A stretch of 64,000 nucleotides of DNA from an uncultured delta proteobacterium (GTDB lineage Bacteria; Desulfobacterota; Binatia; UBA9968). A program made the position numbers and the translations under genes. This document shows, one piece after another, positions 36,784 through 46,972 of this stretch. Position 1 is the stretch's first letter. Each line of letters begins with the position of its first letter. The stretch lies in NCBI GenBank assembly GCA_963771465.1, contig CAVYTU010000017.1:160001-224000 (forward strand), given 5' to 3'. A model generated the notes under the pieces. The model saw only the letters and a program-made list of their open reading frames with translations, did not search any database and was not told where the DNA came from.

Positions 36784-38097
36784 GTGACGGAAACTGGCGC
36801 GGCGGCAAGCGGCGGAGCTTTTCATCGAGTTCTATCGCGTGTGATCGATGTGCAGCCGGCTGAGATGCGGGTGCTCGGGTGGTCGTGGCTTTATATTTTC
36901 TCGGTGCTTTTCTCCTATTACATTCTTCGGCCGATTCGTGATGAAATGGGTGTGGCCGGCGGCGTGGAGAATCTCCAGTGGCTTTTCACCGGGACGCTGC
37001 TCGGCATGATCGCGGTCAATCCGCCCTTTGCGGCGCTGGTGGCACGGCTGCCGCGGGTAAAGTTTATCGCCTGGACGTATCGATTCTTTGCGCTCAATCT
37101 GTTGATCTTTGTTGTGCTGCTGCAAGCCTCATCGGCCGAACAACATATCTGGATCGGCCGCGTGTTCTTTATCTGGGCGTCGGTTTTTAATCTGTTCGTC
37201 GTCTCAGTGTTCTGGGCGTTGATGGTCGATGTTTTCAACACCGAGCAAAGCAAGCGGTTGTTTGGTTTTATCGCCGCCGGCGCGACCCTCGGCGGCATCG
37301 TCGGCTCCAGCGTAACGGCGGCTTTCGCCAAGCAAGTGCCGGCGGCTTATTTGCTGCTGGGCTCGGTGCTGCTGCTGGAAGCCGCGGTGTTCTGTGTAAG
37401 GCGATTGTCAGAATTATCCGCAGCACTCCATCGAACGCCCGGCGCGGCGCGGGACGGAGAACCCATCGGCGGGTCGATTCTAAACGGCCTGGCGCATGCG
37501 TTTAAGTCGCCCTATCTGATCAACGTAAGTTTCTTTCTGCTCTTGTTCGCCATCACGTCGACGTTTCTTTATTTTCAGCAGGCCGAAATCGCCAGAAAAT
37601 CTTTCGCCGACCGCGGCGCGCGCACGGCATTTTTCGCTCAAGTGGATCTATGGGTGAATGTGCTGACCTTGGGCGCCCAACTGTTTTTCACCGGGCGTAC
37701 TATCAAATGGATCGGAGTTGGGCTGACGTTGGCAATCCTGCCGCTGATGAGTATTGCCGGTTTTGCGGCGCTGGCTTGGACGCCGACGATCGTCGCGCTG
37801 GTCGCTTTCCAAGTAGCGCGGCGCGCCGGCAATTTTGCTTTCGCCAGACCGACCCGCGAGGTGCTGTTCACCGTCGTGCCGCGGGAGGACAAGTACAAAG
37901 CCAAGAGTTTTATCGATACGGTGGTTTACCGGCTCGGCGATCAAGTCGGTGCGTGGTCATACGCGGGCCTCGGCGCGATCGGATTGGCGATGACGGGAAT
38001 CTCGCTGGTGGCTGTACCGATTTCGATAGCGTGGCTGGTCAATAGTTTGTGGCTCGGCAAAAGGCAAAAAGGACTTGAGGCGGGGTTGGCGTCTTAG
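36784..38097 (+). CDS. MFS-fold transporter, ATP/ADP translocase-like (NTT/TLC, COG3202)
   Basis: YILRPIRDEMG, FNLFVVSVFW, KRLFGFI..G, EDKYKAKSFIDTVVYRLGD; ~12 TM segments. Confidence 0.8.
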   Translation: MTETGAAASGGAFHRVLSRVIDVQPAEMRVLGWSWLYIFSVLFSYYILRPIRDEMGVAGGVENLQWLFTGTLLGMIAVNPPFAALVARLPRVKFIAWTYRFFALNLLIFVVLLQASSAEQHIWIGRVFFIWASVFNLFVVSVFWALMVDVFNTEQSKRLFGFIAAGATLGGIVGSSVTAAFAKQVPAAYLLLGSVLLLEAAVFCVRRLSELSAALHRTPGAARDGEPIGGSILNGLAHAFKSPYLINVSFFLLLFAITSTFLYFQQAEIARKSFADRGARTAFFAQVDLWVNVLTLGAQLFFTGRTIKWIGVGLTLAILPLMSIAGFAALAWTPTIVALVAFQVARRAGNFAFARPTREVLFTVVPREDKYKAKSFIDTVVYRLGDQVGAWSYAGLGAIGLAMTGISLVAVPISIAWLVNSLWLGKRQKGLEAGLAS

Positions 38098-38170
38098 AGA
38101 TTGACGAGAGTATGAGTTTTCTCGTCGACCCTTTCTTGGGTAGACACGAATTTTACCGCTCTTTTTACCG

Positions 38171-38707
38171 CTAACTTTTCGCCGCGGTCAGATCGATATC
38201 GATGTTCTCTTCTCGCTGAATCTCCGCAAAGCGTTCGCGCAGTTGATTGACATTCGTTCTCGTCGGCACGGCCAAGTTGGCTTCGAGTTGAAAAATCGGC
38301 GTGCCGCTGATCGGCGCGGCGTAGGTTTTGGTCTCCATCGATTCGATATTGACGCCCATGCTGCTCAGCACGTTGCTGATACGGTAGACGATCCCGGGAT
38401 GATCCATGCATGAGGCTGTCAGCTTGTAGGGTAGGAATGATTGCGCGGCTTCGCGAACAGCCGGTATCTTGGTGGAGATCGTCAGGCCGGTCTCGACTTC
38501 GATTTGCCGATAGTCGCTGGCGATCTTTTTTAGCTTGCCACTGTCGCCGCTGATCAGAACGATGACGGCGAATTCGCCGCAAAACACCGCCATCTTACTG
38601 TCCTCGATGTTGCAGCCGTGGCGCGCGATGAATTCAGCGATTTTTTCCACCAATCCAACGCGGTCTGGTCCGACCGCGGTCATGATTAAGTGATTCGTAT
38701 CGGCCAT
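38171..38707 (-). CDS. GcvR-like double ACT domain protein
   Basis: TAVGPDRVGLV, GCNIEDSKM, MDHPGIV, VNIESMET. Confidence 0.85.
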   Translation of the reverse strand: MADTNHLIMTAVGPDRVGLVEKIAEFIARHGCNIEDSKMAVFCGEFAVIVLISGDSGKLKKIASDYRQIEVETGLTISTKIPAVREAAQSFLPYKLTASCMDHPGIVYRISNVLSSMGVNIESMETKTYAAPISGTPIFQLEANLAVPTRTNVNQLRERFAEIQREENIDIDLTAAKS

Positions 38708-38727
38708 GGCTTCAAACTAATGAATTT

Positions 38728-38763
38728 GTTCAAACAGTTCAAATCGTTCAAGCCGTTCAAATC
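38728..38763. repeat. 4 x 9-bp tandem repeat GTTCAAnnn
   Basis: GTTCAAACA GTTCAAATC GTTCAAGCC GTTCAAATC. Confidence 0.75.
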
Positions 38764-38807
38764 GTCGGATCGGCTGGACTCAGAGAACCCAACACTTCAC
38801 TACTCCA

Positions 38808-40107
38808 TCACTCCAGGTTCTGAAAAAAACCATCCATGATCGCGTCGTGCCAGAGTTTGGCTACCGACGGGACGATACCCAGCGGCAGTTTTTCGTCTGT
38901 CCAACCCCAAGAATGAATCCCGGCGCCGAGTGAAACCGCGCGCACTTTCGGCGCGGGATTCATTTTAGCGAATAGCGGCTGGGAGCGTTCGCACCGTCCA
39001 AGCGTGACGGTGTCGTCGTTGACGCCGTGGATGGAGAGAAAGTTGGGCACCGGCTTTACCCCGGGGCCGGAGAGTTCTCTGGTATAGCCGAGATAGCGTT
39101 GTACCAGTTCGTCACTTTCCCGGTGCGACAATTTCAACCGGGTTGCCGCAGCGCGCGCGGCGGCTTGAAGCGCGCTGGTCGAATTTTTGTGGATAAAATC
39201 CTCGGCTTTGAAATTGGGCCGTTTCTTGGCGCTCTCCCAACGTTCGAAAGTGAGCTCGATCAGCATCGGCAACCCGATGCCTTTATCTTTCATGCCTTCG
39301 TACATGTAGCGCGCCGTGTCGCGCCAGGTGCGTAGCCGCAATTGATTGAATGGAAACTCCCAGTCGTCGCCGCTGATCAATGGATACATCCAGCCAAACG
39401 GCGAACTGCCCCAGCCGACCAGGCCGGCGATATTGGCCACCCGCTGTGACGCCATCATGGCGAACGGACCGCCGGTGGAGTGGCCGTGCATGTAAACGGA
39501 AAATTCGCCGTCGGGAAATTGTCGACGTGCACTTTCTCTCACCGCTTGCTCGAAGGCTACCGGCCAAGCAGCCATGCGATGATAAAATTCCGTGCCTTCT
39601 TTGGCGGCGAGTGACACCAACGTGCCGTAGTTCTCGCGCTTCGACGTGTCCTTGACGACGGTGTATTGATCCTTGGTGATTTTCGTTTCCTTAGCCCAAA
39701 GTGGTGTGCGCGCTGAGCCGTCAGGATTTTCGACATCGTCGGGCCAGTCGCGGTTGGCATCGTGGAAATAATAGCGCCCCGGAAAAGTCAGGGTGGCGAC
39801 TTTGATGGCGTATTTTGCCTGCCAGCGTGCGGGCAACACGCTGGACGGATTTGAAGTCCGACACGCCGCCGTGGAGCAAGAAGATGCCGACTTTCTTGCC
39901 ATCGGGGCCGGTTGGGATACTGCTTCGATCGCTCGGTTGGTAGCTCACCACACCGATATCCCAGTCCATCTCGAGCTCGTGAAGGCGAAATACATCTTCG
40001 TCTTCATCGATGGACATATCCTGCAAGGCGATAACCTCGGCATTGAGCCTGAGCACATCTTCAAATGAAACAACTGCCGGCGGTTCCCAGGATGATTTAA
40101 CGGCCAT
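38808..40107 (-). pseudogene. alpha/beta-hydrolase-like protein with one frameshift at 39813-39816
   Basis: FLLHGG (oxyanion), GHSTGG (nucleophile), HGVNDD, GIH; removing one A from AAAA joins the two frames. Confidence 0.7.
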
Positions 40108-40164
40108 GAGTGCAATTTCTTCCAATCGAGCAGTTGAGCTTGTGATGAGCGGCCATTTTCACAA

Positions 40165-42063
40165 TCACCGCGATTCAACCAAGGCTTCATGCAGTACCCG
40201 GCCGGCGGCGTCTTTGGGCTTCGGTAAATTCAACAGCCACGCTAGCGTCGGCGCGAAGTCGATGATCCGGACATTCGCTAGTTTGATTCCGGCGCGGATG
40301 CCGGGGCCGTTGAGCAGCATAATGGTGCGCATCGACGGTTGCTCCGGGTTGGCGCCGTGGTTGCCGTAGGGTTCCGCGTCGCTGATCAATGGGCTGCCGG
40401 TTAAGCGTGGATCGAAGTCATAGCCGTTTACCAATTCGACATAAATATCGCCGCCGACTTCACCGCCGATGCCTTTAGCCTCGCCGGCGATCTCGGCATC
40501 GAAGATCGCCGTAACGATCGGCCGGTCGCCGTCGCGCAACGCGAGCAGCGCGGCGCGAACTTTACCGACGAGCTCCGAACGCTCGGCGCGCGGCACGATG
40601 CCACTTTTGCGATCGGTGGAATTGATCAGCAGGTAGCCGTTATTGACCGCCGGATAGAGAACCTTAGTCTTGCTCAGATCGACGCGCCCTTGCCCGTCAA
40701 GGACGAGCATCTCGGCTTGTTGCAGCGCATCATTGAGGGCGACACGTTTATGCATTCCCTGGAGCCCGTGGTCGGAAATCAGCGCGACGAGCGATTGGTC
40801 GGGACGTTTGGCCAGTAGCAGACCGAGATGTTCGTCGCAAGAACGATAGACGCGTTCGAGCAGCGGTCTGAGTTTGTCGGCGATCTCCTGACGATAGGTT
40901 GGCAGGGTGGGATCGAGATGACCGCGCCAAGCGTGCTCGGCTTCATCGGGAAATGGCGTGTAGGCGAGATAAATATCCCAGGGCAAATTCTCAATCGCCC
41001 AGCGATTGGTTTCCATCAACTGATGCTGAGCAAAGAGTAGGGTTTCCAGATAACGCGCCTCGGCGCCGCCGCCACCGCCGTTGGCGAGGGGTCGTCCAAA
41101 GGCGCCGTTCTGGTAGAGAATGCTGGCGCCGTTGCCGATGAATGTGCGCACCGTAGAGCTGGCTAATAAGTCTGCGGGCAAATCCAATTGGCGCGTTGGC
41201 CGCGTGTAGTAGAGGAAGAAGTCGCTGCCGTCGGTTTTGAGATCGAAGAGGCGAAAATAACTTCGAGCTTCCTGGCCGCCGCTCTTGACGTCCAGCGGCG
41301 CACTCCAAAACAGTTCGCTGCCGGGACCTGGATTGGCGGGTTTCAATCGCGCTGTTACATGCTTGCCGTCGCGGCTGGTGCTGATTAGCAGGGTGTCGTA
41401 GCCAAATTGCAGGTCTTCCGGGTCGTCGATCAGCAAGCCGGAAAAATTCGTATCGCCGACGGTAAACGCGACTTCGATGGGAGTGGTATCGCTGGCCGGC
41501 GGATTTTCCCAAGGCGCCGCCGTCTCTGGCTGAATCGCGCGTTTGGTGACAATGCCGTCGCGGCCGGCGATCATATTGTAACCGGAAAAGCGCGCGACAT
41601 GTTCGGCGCGCTCCTCGGCAAAGGATGGGATATGCGAAACCACCGACTTCCTGCCCGCCCGCTCCGCCGTAGCCCAAATCGCTTCGGCGCGGAGAGGCGC
41701 GCCGGAAAAGCCGGGGAGGCTTTCCAAAATCGTATACTCGGCGCGCGGCGCGCGCGGCACGCGGTTGCCGCTGATGCCGGTAATCCGTGGCGGCGCGCCG
41801 GTCATTAGAGAGGCGAAGCCGGTCGCGGTCTTCGATGGAAAGCCGGCCATGACGTCGTCGGCAAACGCGCCGCCTTCGATAAGCTTGGCTAGGTTCGGCA
41901 ATTTCCCTTGCTTCAAAAGCTCGTCGACGAACGACGGCACGGTACCATCCCAGGCGAGCACGATGGCTTTTTGTGCACTTTGGCCGTGCGCCAGAGCTGG
42001 CAATAACGGCACGAGAAGTAAAATGCACAATAGCCGGCGAGTTGCGTGAAGTAGGCGGTTCAT
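40165..42063 (-). CDS. alkaline phosphatase / nucleotide pyrophosphatase superfamily protein
   Basis: LAWDG, PNLAKLI, FPSKT (Thr nucleophile), DEAEH, ISDHG, GNHG, DFAPTLA; signal peptide. Confidence 0.85.
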   Translation of the reverse strand: MNRLLHATRRLLCILLLVPLLPALAHGQSAQKAIVLAWDGTVPSFVDELLKQGKLPNLAKLIEGGAFADDVMAGFPSKTATGFASLMTGAPPRITGISGNRVPRAPRAEYTILESLPGFSGAPLRAEAIWATAERAGRKSVVSHIPSFAEERAEHVARFSGYNMIAGRDGIVTKRAIQPETAAPWENPPASDTTPIEVAFTVGDTNFSGLLIDDPEDLQFGYDTLLISTSRDGKHVTARLKPANPGPGSELFWSAPLDVKSGGQEARSYFRLFDLKTDGSDFFLYYTRPTRQLDLPADLLASSTVRTFIGNGASILYQNGAFGRPLANGGGGGAEARYLETLLFAQHQLMETNRWAIENLPWDIYLAYTPFPDEAEHAWRGHLDPTLPTYRQEIADKLRPLLERVYRSCDEHLGLLLAKRPDQSLVALISDHGLQGMHKRVALNDALQQAEMLVLDGQGRVDLSKTKVLYPAVNNGYLLINSTDRKSGIVPRAERSELVGKVRAALLALRDGDRPIVTAIFDAEIAGEAKGIGGEVGGDIYVELVNGYDFDPRLTGSPLISDAEPYGNHGANPEQPSMRTIMLLNGPGIRAGIKLANVRIIDFAPTLAWLLNLPKPKDAAGRVLHEALVESR

Positions 42064-42193
42064 TTTGTCAGAGGGTATCCCTGAGATTAACGATGGCACA
42101 TCGAGCTGTCAACGCATAGCGGACCTGAGCAGGAATTGTTATACAGACTCACTGGAATTCGATAGGCAGTTTCCAACTGCCGGAGGACGCTGG

Positions 42194-43021
42194 ATGAATC
42201 TTCGAAAAGCGCGATGGCTATTGCCGCACGTTGTCACCGTACTCCTTACTTTGGCTGCTGAGTTACCGGCACAGAGCAAAGCCACCGCCTCGGCCGACGA
42301 TCTGCTCAAATCCATCGGCATGACCAAGCCGGCTTTAGCGAAGGCGCCGGATTTCACTCTGCGCGACGCCGGCGGCGGCACGGTGAGTCTGAGCGGCTAC
42401 CGCGGCAATTTAGTGCTACTTAACTTCTGGGCCACCTGGTGTGGGCCGTGTCGAGAGGAGATGCCGTCGATGGAGCAACTGAGCCGCAACTTCGGCGGCC
42501 AGGGCTTTACGATTCTAGCGGTCAACCAGAAAGAAAGCGCGGCGCAGGTGACAAAATATATGAAAACCCACGGGCTCAACTTTAGCGCGCCGCTTGATTT
42601 GGACGGGCGGGTCAATACCGCTTATCGCGTCTACGGAATTCCGGTGACGTATTTGATCGACGGCGGCGGCAACGCCATCGGCATGAAGTCCGGCCCGCGC
42701 GACTGGGCGCGGCGTGACGTTGTCGATGTCTTTCGCAAGCTGGTCGGCGAAAGCGCTAGCGGCATAGTCGGCGGTTCGTTGGAACTCGAACCGATTACAC
42801 CGATGCCGAGCGCGCTACGCGCCAAAGGCGGCGCCTTGCTGGTGCGCTCACAACAGGACCCATTCTCGGAAGCGGTCGCCAAGTTGCCGCCAAACGAAGA
42901 AGTCACGCCCATAGGGAAAGCTTCCGGCGCCGGCGAGTTCTGGTACATGGTGCGGACCAAGATCGGCGCCATCGGCTGGGTGAGAGGGGTGGACGTGGAA
43001 GGCGTCAGCCAACAGCGCTGA
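42194..43021 (+). CDS. TlpA/ResA-family thiol-disulfide oxidoreductase with C-terminal SH3b-like domain
   Basis: APDFTL, LNFWATWCGPCREEMP, YGIPVTYLID; C-terminal LLVRS.....VAKLP...WYMVRT..GAIGWV. Confidence 0.85.
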   Translation: MNLRKARWLLPHVVTVLLTLAAELPAQSKATASADDLLKSIGMTKPALAKAPDFTLRDAGGGTVSLSGYRGNLVLLNFWATWCGPCREEMPSMEQLSRNFGGQGFTILAVNQKESAAQVTKYMKTHGLNFSAPLDLDGRVNTAYRVYGIPVTYLIDGGGNAIGMKSGPRDWARRDVVDVFRKLVGESASGIVGGSLELEPITPMPSALRAKGGALLVRSQQDPFSEAVAKLPPNEEVTPIGKASGAGEFWYMVRTKIGAIGWVRGVDVEGVSQQR

Positions 43022-43052
43022 TCGGTCGCCTGAATCCAGCTGGAGCAATTGA

Positions 43053-45083
43053 ATGGTCAAAAGGATTCCAACCACGCTCGAGACCCACGGCCACGGGCGG
43101 ATCGATGACTATTATTGGCTGCGCGAGCGGGACAATCCTGAGGTCATCAAGTATCTCAACGATGAGAACGCGTTTGCGGCCAAAGAAATGGCGCATGCGC
43201 AGGACTTCGAAAGGAAATTGTTCGAGGAGATCAAAGCACGAATCAAGCAAACCGATATGTCGGTGCCGTACAAACGTGACGACTATTTCTACTATACGCG
43301 CTACGAGGAGGGCAAAGAATATCCGATCTACGCGCGTAAGCGCGGCGTGCTCGATGCGGCGGAAGAAATCATGCTCGATGTCAATCTCCTAGCCGTCGGC
43401 CATGACTTTTTTTCCGTCGGCGGCACGGCGGTGAGCGCGGGACAGAATCTGCTGGCGTACGCGGTGGACACTCAGGGGCGGCGAATTCATACGACGTACT
43501 TAAAAAACCTGACGACCGGTGAACTGCTAGCCGACGTGATCCCTAACGTCAGTGAGAACCTGGCTTGGGCCAACGATAACCGGACTCTGTTTTACGGCAA
43601 GCAGGACGAAACGACGCTGCGCCAGTACCAAATTTGGCGCCACGTTGTCGGCACCGACCCGGCCCAAGATCAACGGATCTACCAGGAAGACGACCAGACC
43701 TTCGGCGCCTATATTTTCAGAACCAAGTCGAAGAAGTTTTTGATGATCGTGGCGTCCCAGACGGTTTGCCAGGAATATCGCTATCTGGATGCCAATGCGC
43801 CCGGTGGCGAATTCAAAATCTTTCTGCCGCGCCAACGGGGACATGAATATAGTGTCGACCACATCGGCGATCGCTTTATCATCCGCACCAATGCTCAGGC
43901 GAAAAACTTTCGCCTGATGTGGACGCCAGTGGAGAACACCGCGCGGCAGCAATGGCAGGAAATTATTGCGCACCGCGATGATGTGTTTCTCGGCGACTTC
44001 GACTTGTTCAAGGACTATTTGGTCTTGGAAGAGCGAGTGCGCGGGTTGACGCAGATTCGCGTTGTGCCCTGGTCCGGCGAGCCAAGCCACTATTTGTCGT
44101 TTGACGAGCCGGCTTATCGCGCTCATCTGGGCGCGAACTTGGAATTCGATACCAAGACTTTGCGCTATGAATACACCTCGATGAAGACGCCGCTGTCGAT
44201 TTTCGACTATGACATGGCGACGCGCCAACGGGTTCAATTGAAACAAGAGGAAGTGCTCGGCGGTTTTAACGCCGATGACTACGCCACCGAGCGGCTTTTC
44301 GCCCGAGCCGCCGACGGCACGGAAATTCCGCTGTCGATTCTCTATCGCAAGGGCATGAAACGCGACGGACGCAATCCGCTCCTGCTCTACGGCTACGGTT
44401 CCTACGGAATTAGCATCGACGCCGCGTTCGCGTCGCCGCGCTTGAGCTTGGTCGACCGCGGCTTTGTCTTCGCCATCGCCCATATCCGCGGCGGCCAGGA
44501 GTTGGGCCGGCGCTGGTACGAGGATGGCAAACTGTTACGGAAAAAAAACACCTTTAACGATTTCATCGCTTGCGCGGAATTCCTCATCCGCGAAAACTTC
44601 ACGAACCCTGGAAAACTTTTTGCCATGGGCCGGAGCGCCGGCGGTTTGCTGATGGGAGCGGTGAGCAATCTACGGCCGGATTTGTTTAAGGGGATCGTCG
44701 CCGAAGTGCCGTTTGTCGACGTGGTGACGACGATGTTGGACTCATCGATTCCGCTCACCACCGGCGAGTTCGACGAATGGGGCGATCCGAACCAGAAAGA
44801 GTTTTATGATTGCATGCTGTCCTATTCGCCCTATGACAACGTTGAGAGAAAAAACTATCCGGCGATGCTGATCACCGGCGGCTTACACGATTCCCAAGTG
44901 CAGTATTGGGAGCCGGCCAAGTGGGCCGCGAAGCTGCGCGCGCTCAAGACCGACAATAATCGGCTGTTGTTGAAAACCAACATGGATGCCGGCCACGGTG
45001 GCGCGTCGGGAAGATTCCGCCGTCACCAAGAGACGGCGTTTTCATATGTGTTTATTCTCGACTTGGCAGGCATTCGCGCTTAG
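43053..45083 (+). CDS. ptrB: oligopeptidase B (S9A)
   Basis: DDYYWLR, YGYGSYG, HIRGG, GRSAGG, HDSQVQYWEPAKW, AGHGG. Confidence 0.92.
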   Translation: MVKRIPTTLETHGHGRIDDYYWLRERDNPEVIKYLNDENAFAAKEMAHAQDFERKLFEEIKARIKQTDMSVPYKRDDYFYYTRYEEGKEYPIYARKRGVLDAAEEIMLDVNLLAVGHDFFSVGGTAVSAGQNLLAYAVDTQGRRIHTTYLKNLTTGELLADVIPNVSENLAWANDNRTLFYGKQDETTLRQYQIWRHVVGTDPAQDQRIYQEDDQTFGAYIFRTKSKKFLMIVASQTVCQEYRYLDANAPGGEFKIFLPRQRGHEYSVDHIGDRFIIRTNAQAKNFRLMWTPVENTARQQWQEIIAHRDDVFLGDFDLFKDYLVLEERVRGLTQIRVVPWSGEPSHYLSFDEPAYRAHLGANLEFDTKTLRYEYTSMKTPLSIFDYDMATRQRVQLKQEEVLGGFNADDYATERLFARAADGTEIPLSILYRKGMKRDGRNPLLLYGYGSYGISIDAAFASPRLSLVDRGFVFAIAHIRGGQELGRRWYEDGKLLRKKNTFNDFIACAEFLIRENFTNPGKLFAMGRSAGGLLMGAVSNLRPDLFKGIVAEVPFVDVVTTMLDSSIPLTTGEFDEWGDPNQKEFYDCMLSYSPYDNVERKNYPAMLITGGLHDSQVQYWEPAKWAAKLRALKTDNNRLLLKTNMDAGHGGASGRFRRHQETAFSYVFILDLAGIRA

Positions 45084-45090
45084 CAAGTGC

Positions 45091-45165
45091 AATTACAGAT
45101 TCCCAATTCAAAATTACTCAATCGGCTCCGAGCCAATTTGGAATCTGAAATTTCGAATCTGGAAT
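45091..45165. repeat. AT-rich heptamer inverted repeat between convergent genes
   Basis: AATTACAGATTCCCAATT... / ...AATTTGGAATCTGAAATT-TCGAATCTGGAAT. Confidence 0.6.
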
Positions 45166-46493
45166 CATCCTTTGCTGTTCTTTTTCTGTTCTTCCCAGAA
45201 TTGCAGCCGTTCTTTGATCTGCTTTTCGTAGCCGGCTTCGCCGGGCGTGTAGTATTTTCTGCCGGCGAGTTCGAGTGGCAGGTGTTGTTGATCGACGATG
45301 TGGCCTTCGTAGTTGTGGGCGTATTTGTAGTCTTTGCCGTAGCCGAGATTTTTCATCAAACCGGTCGGCGCATTGCGTAAGTGCAGCGGGACTGGGAGCG
45401 CACCATGTTCTTCGACGTCTTTTACCGCCGAGAGCATCGCGTGGTAGGACGCGTTGGACTTGGGCGCAGTGGCGAGATAAGTGACCGCCTGTGCTAGCGG
45501 GATTCTTCCTTCCGGTAAACCGACGAAATGTACGGCATCCTTTGCCGCGATGGCGACTTGGAGCGCGCGCGGGTCGGCGTTGCCGATATCTTCGGCGGCA
45601 AAAATCACCATCCGCCGAGCGATAAATAGCGGTTCTTCGCCGGCCTCGAGCATGCGCATCATCCAATAAAGCGCCGCATCGGCATCGCTGCCGCGCATAC
45701 TTTTGATAAACGCCGAAATAACGTTGTAATGCTCTTCGCCGGCTTTGTCGTATTGCAACGGCTTTTTCTGCAGCGCTTCTCGCAAATGAGCAAGGCCGAT
45801 TTCTTTGTGATGGCTGGCTTGGGCCAGTACCGCGGCGCTTTCCAATGCATTCAGCGCGACACGGCAGTCGCCTTGGGACTGTTGCACGAGAAACTCTAAA
45901 CCTTCTGACGTAAGGGTCAGCGCTAACGCACCCAGGCCGCGCTCCCTATCGTTGAGCGCGCGTTCGATGATCGTCGCCATGTTTTCCGCTGACAGGGTTT
46001 TGAGAACCAAGACTTGGCAGCGCGAGAGCAGGGGCGAGATGACTTCGAAGGATGGATTCTCCGTTGTCGCGCCGATGAGCGTCAGAGTGCCGCGCTCGAC
46101 GTGAGGCAGGAAATTATCCTGCTGACCTTTGTTGAAGTGATGAATCTCATCGACAAAAAGCACGGTAGGCTTGCCGAGACGCTGCAAGCGCTCGGCTTCT
46201 TGAATAATCGCTTTGAGTTCCTTGACGCCGGAAGTGACCGCGGAAAAATGCACGCAGGCGGCGCCAGCGGAACTCGCCAAGATTTGTGCCAGCGTGGTTT
46301 TGCCGCTCCCCGGCGGACCCCACAGAATCAGCGAGCGGAGTTTGCCAGGGCCGGCGACGCCACTTAGCAGCTTGCCCGGACCGAGCAGATGTTCTTGGCC
46401 GACGAACTCGGTCAGCGTGCGCGGCCGCATCCGTTCGGCGAGGGGCCGATTGGATTGTTGTACCGGTGAATTCAGTGATTCAAAAAGATCCAT
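45165..46493 (-). CDS. rarA: replication-associated recombination protein A
   Basis: PLAERMRP, WGPPGSGKTT, DEIHHFNK, ISAFIKSMRGSD, EDIGNADP. Confidence 0.95.
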   Translation of the reverse strand: MDLFESLNSPVQQSNRPLAERMRPRTLTEFVGQEHLLGPGKLLSGVAGPGKLRSLILWGPPGSGKTTLAQILASSAGAACVHFSAVTSGVKELKAIIQEAERLQRLGKPTVLFVDEIHHFNKGQQDNFLPHVERGTLTLIGATTENPSFEVISPLLSRCQVLVLKTLSAENMATIIERALNDRERGLGALALTLTSEGLEFLVQQSQGDCRVALNALESAAVLAQASHHKEIGLAHLREALQKKPLQYDKAGEEHYNVISAFIKSMRGSDADAALYWMMRMLEAGEEPLFIARRMVIFAAEDIGNADPRALQVAIAAKDAVHFVGLPEGRIPLAQAVTYLATAPKSNASYHAMLSAVKDVEEHGALPVPLHLRNAPTGLMKNLGYGKDYKYAHNYEGHIVDQQHLPLELAGRKYYTPGEAGYEKQIKERLQFWEEQKKNSKG

Positions 46494-46601
46494 GGGCGAA
46501 TGCTAGCATAACTCGATGCCAGGGTTGTAGCTGGGCATCTTCGCCTTTCGTTCTGGACGCGACGATGCTAAGATCACGCGAGAATTACTTTCATAGCTGA
46601 G

Positions 46602-46961
46602 ATGACTGACAAAGAAAATCCATCGTTTATGCAGGGGGCGGCGCCGCGCACGGTTTTGTTCGCCAATTCTTCGATCTCCGGCAAGTTGAGTTATAACCTG
46701 CCGGTTAAGATTGACGGTCATTTCACCGGCGAGATCAAGTCGACGGAGCTGTTGGTGATCGGCGCTAACGCCCAAGTCGACGCGCATATCTCGGCGCGCC
46801 AAGTGCATTTAGAGGGGAGACTGGTTGGCTCGGTGCAGGCGATGGGCTGTTTTGAAGTGATGCCCGGCGGTTACTTCAAAGGCGAAGCCCGCGTGGCCGA
46901 GCTGCGGGTTCACCCTGGCGCGGTTTTCGATGGCGCTGGAAATATCCTCGGTAGCGGCTAA
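46602..46961 (+). CDS. bactofilin / polymer-forming cytoskeletal protein
   Basis: ISGKL...VKIDGHFTGEI...LVIG..AQVDA.I.A..V...G...G beta-helix repeats, GAVFDG. Confidence 0.85.
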   Translation: MTDKENPSFMQGAAPRTVLFANSSISGKLSYNLPVKIDGHFTGEIKSTELLVIGANAQVDAHISARQVHLEGRLVGSVQAMGCFEVMPGGYFKGEARVAELRVHPGAVFDGAGNILGSG

Positions 46962-46972
46962 TTCGCTTCAAA

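Noticed and set aside
38728-38763. Tandem repeat as CRISPR array
   Set aside because: 9-bp units, no spacers, no cas genes
40991-44483. Long alternative ORFs 40991-42028 and 43527-44483
   Set aside because: Frame-shifted or antisense shadows of well-supported genes, typical of GC-rich DNA
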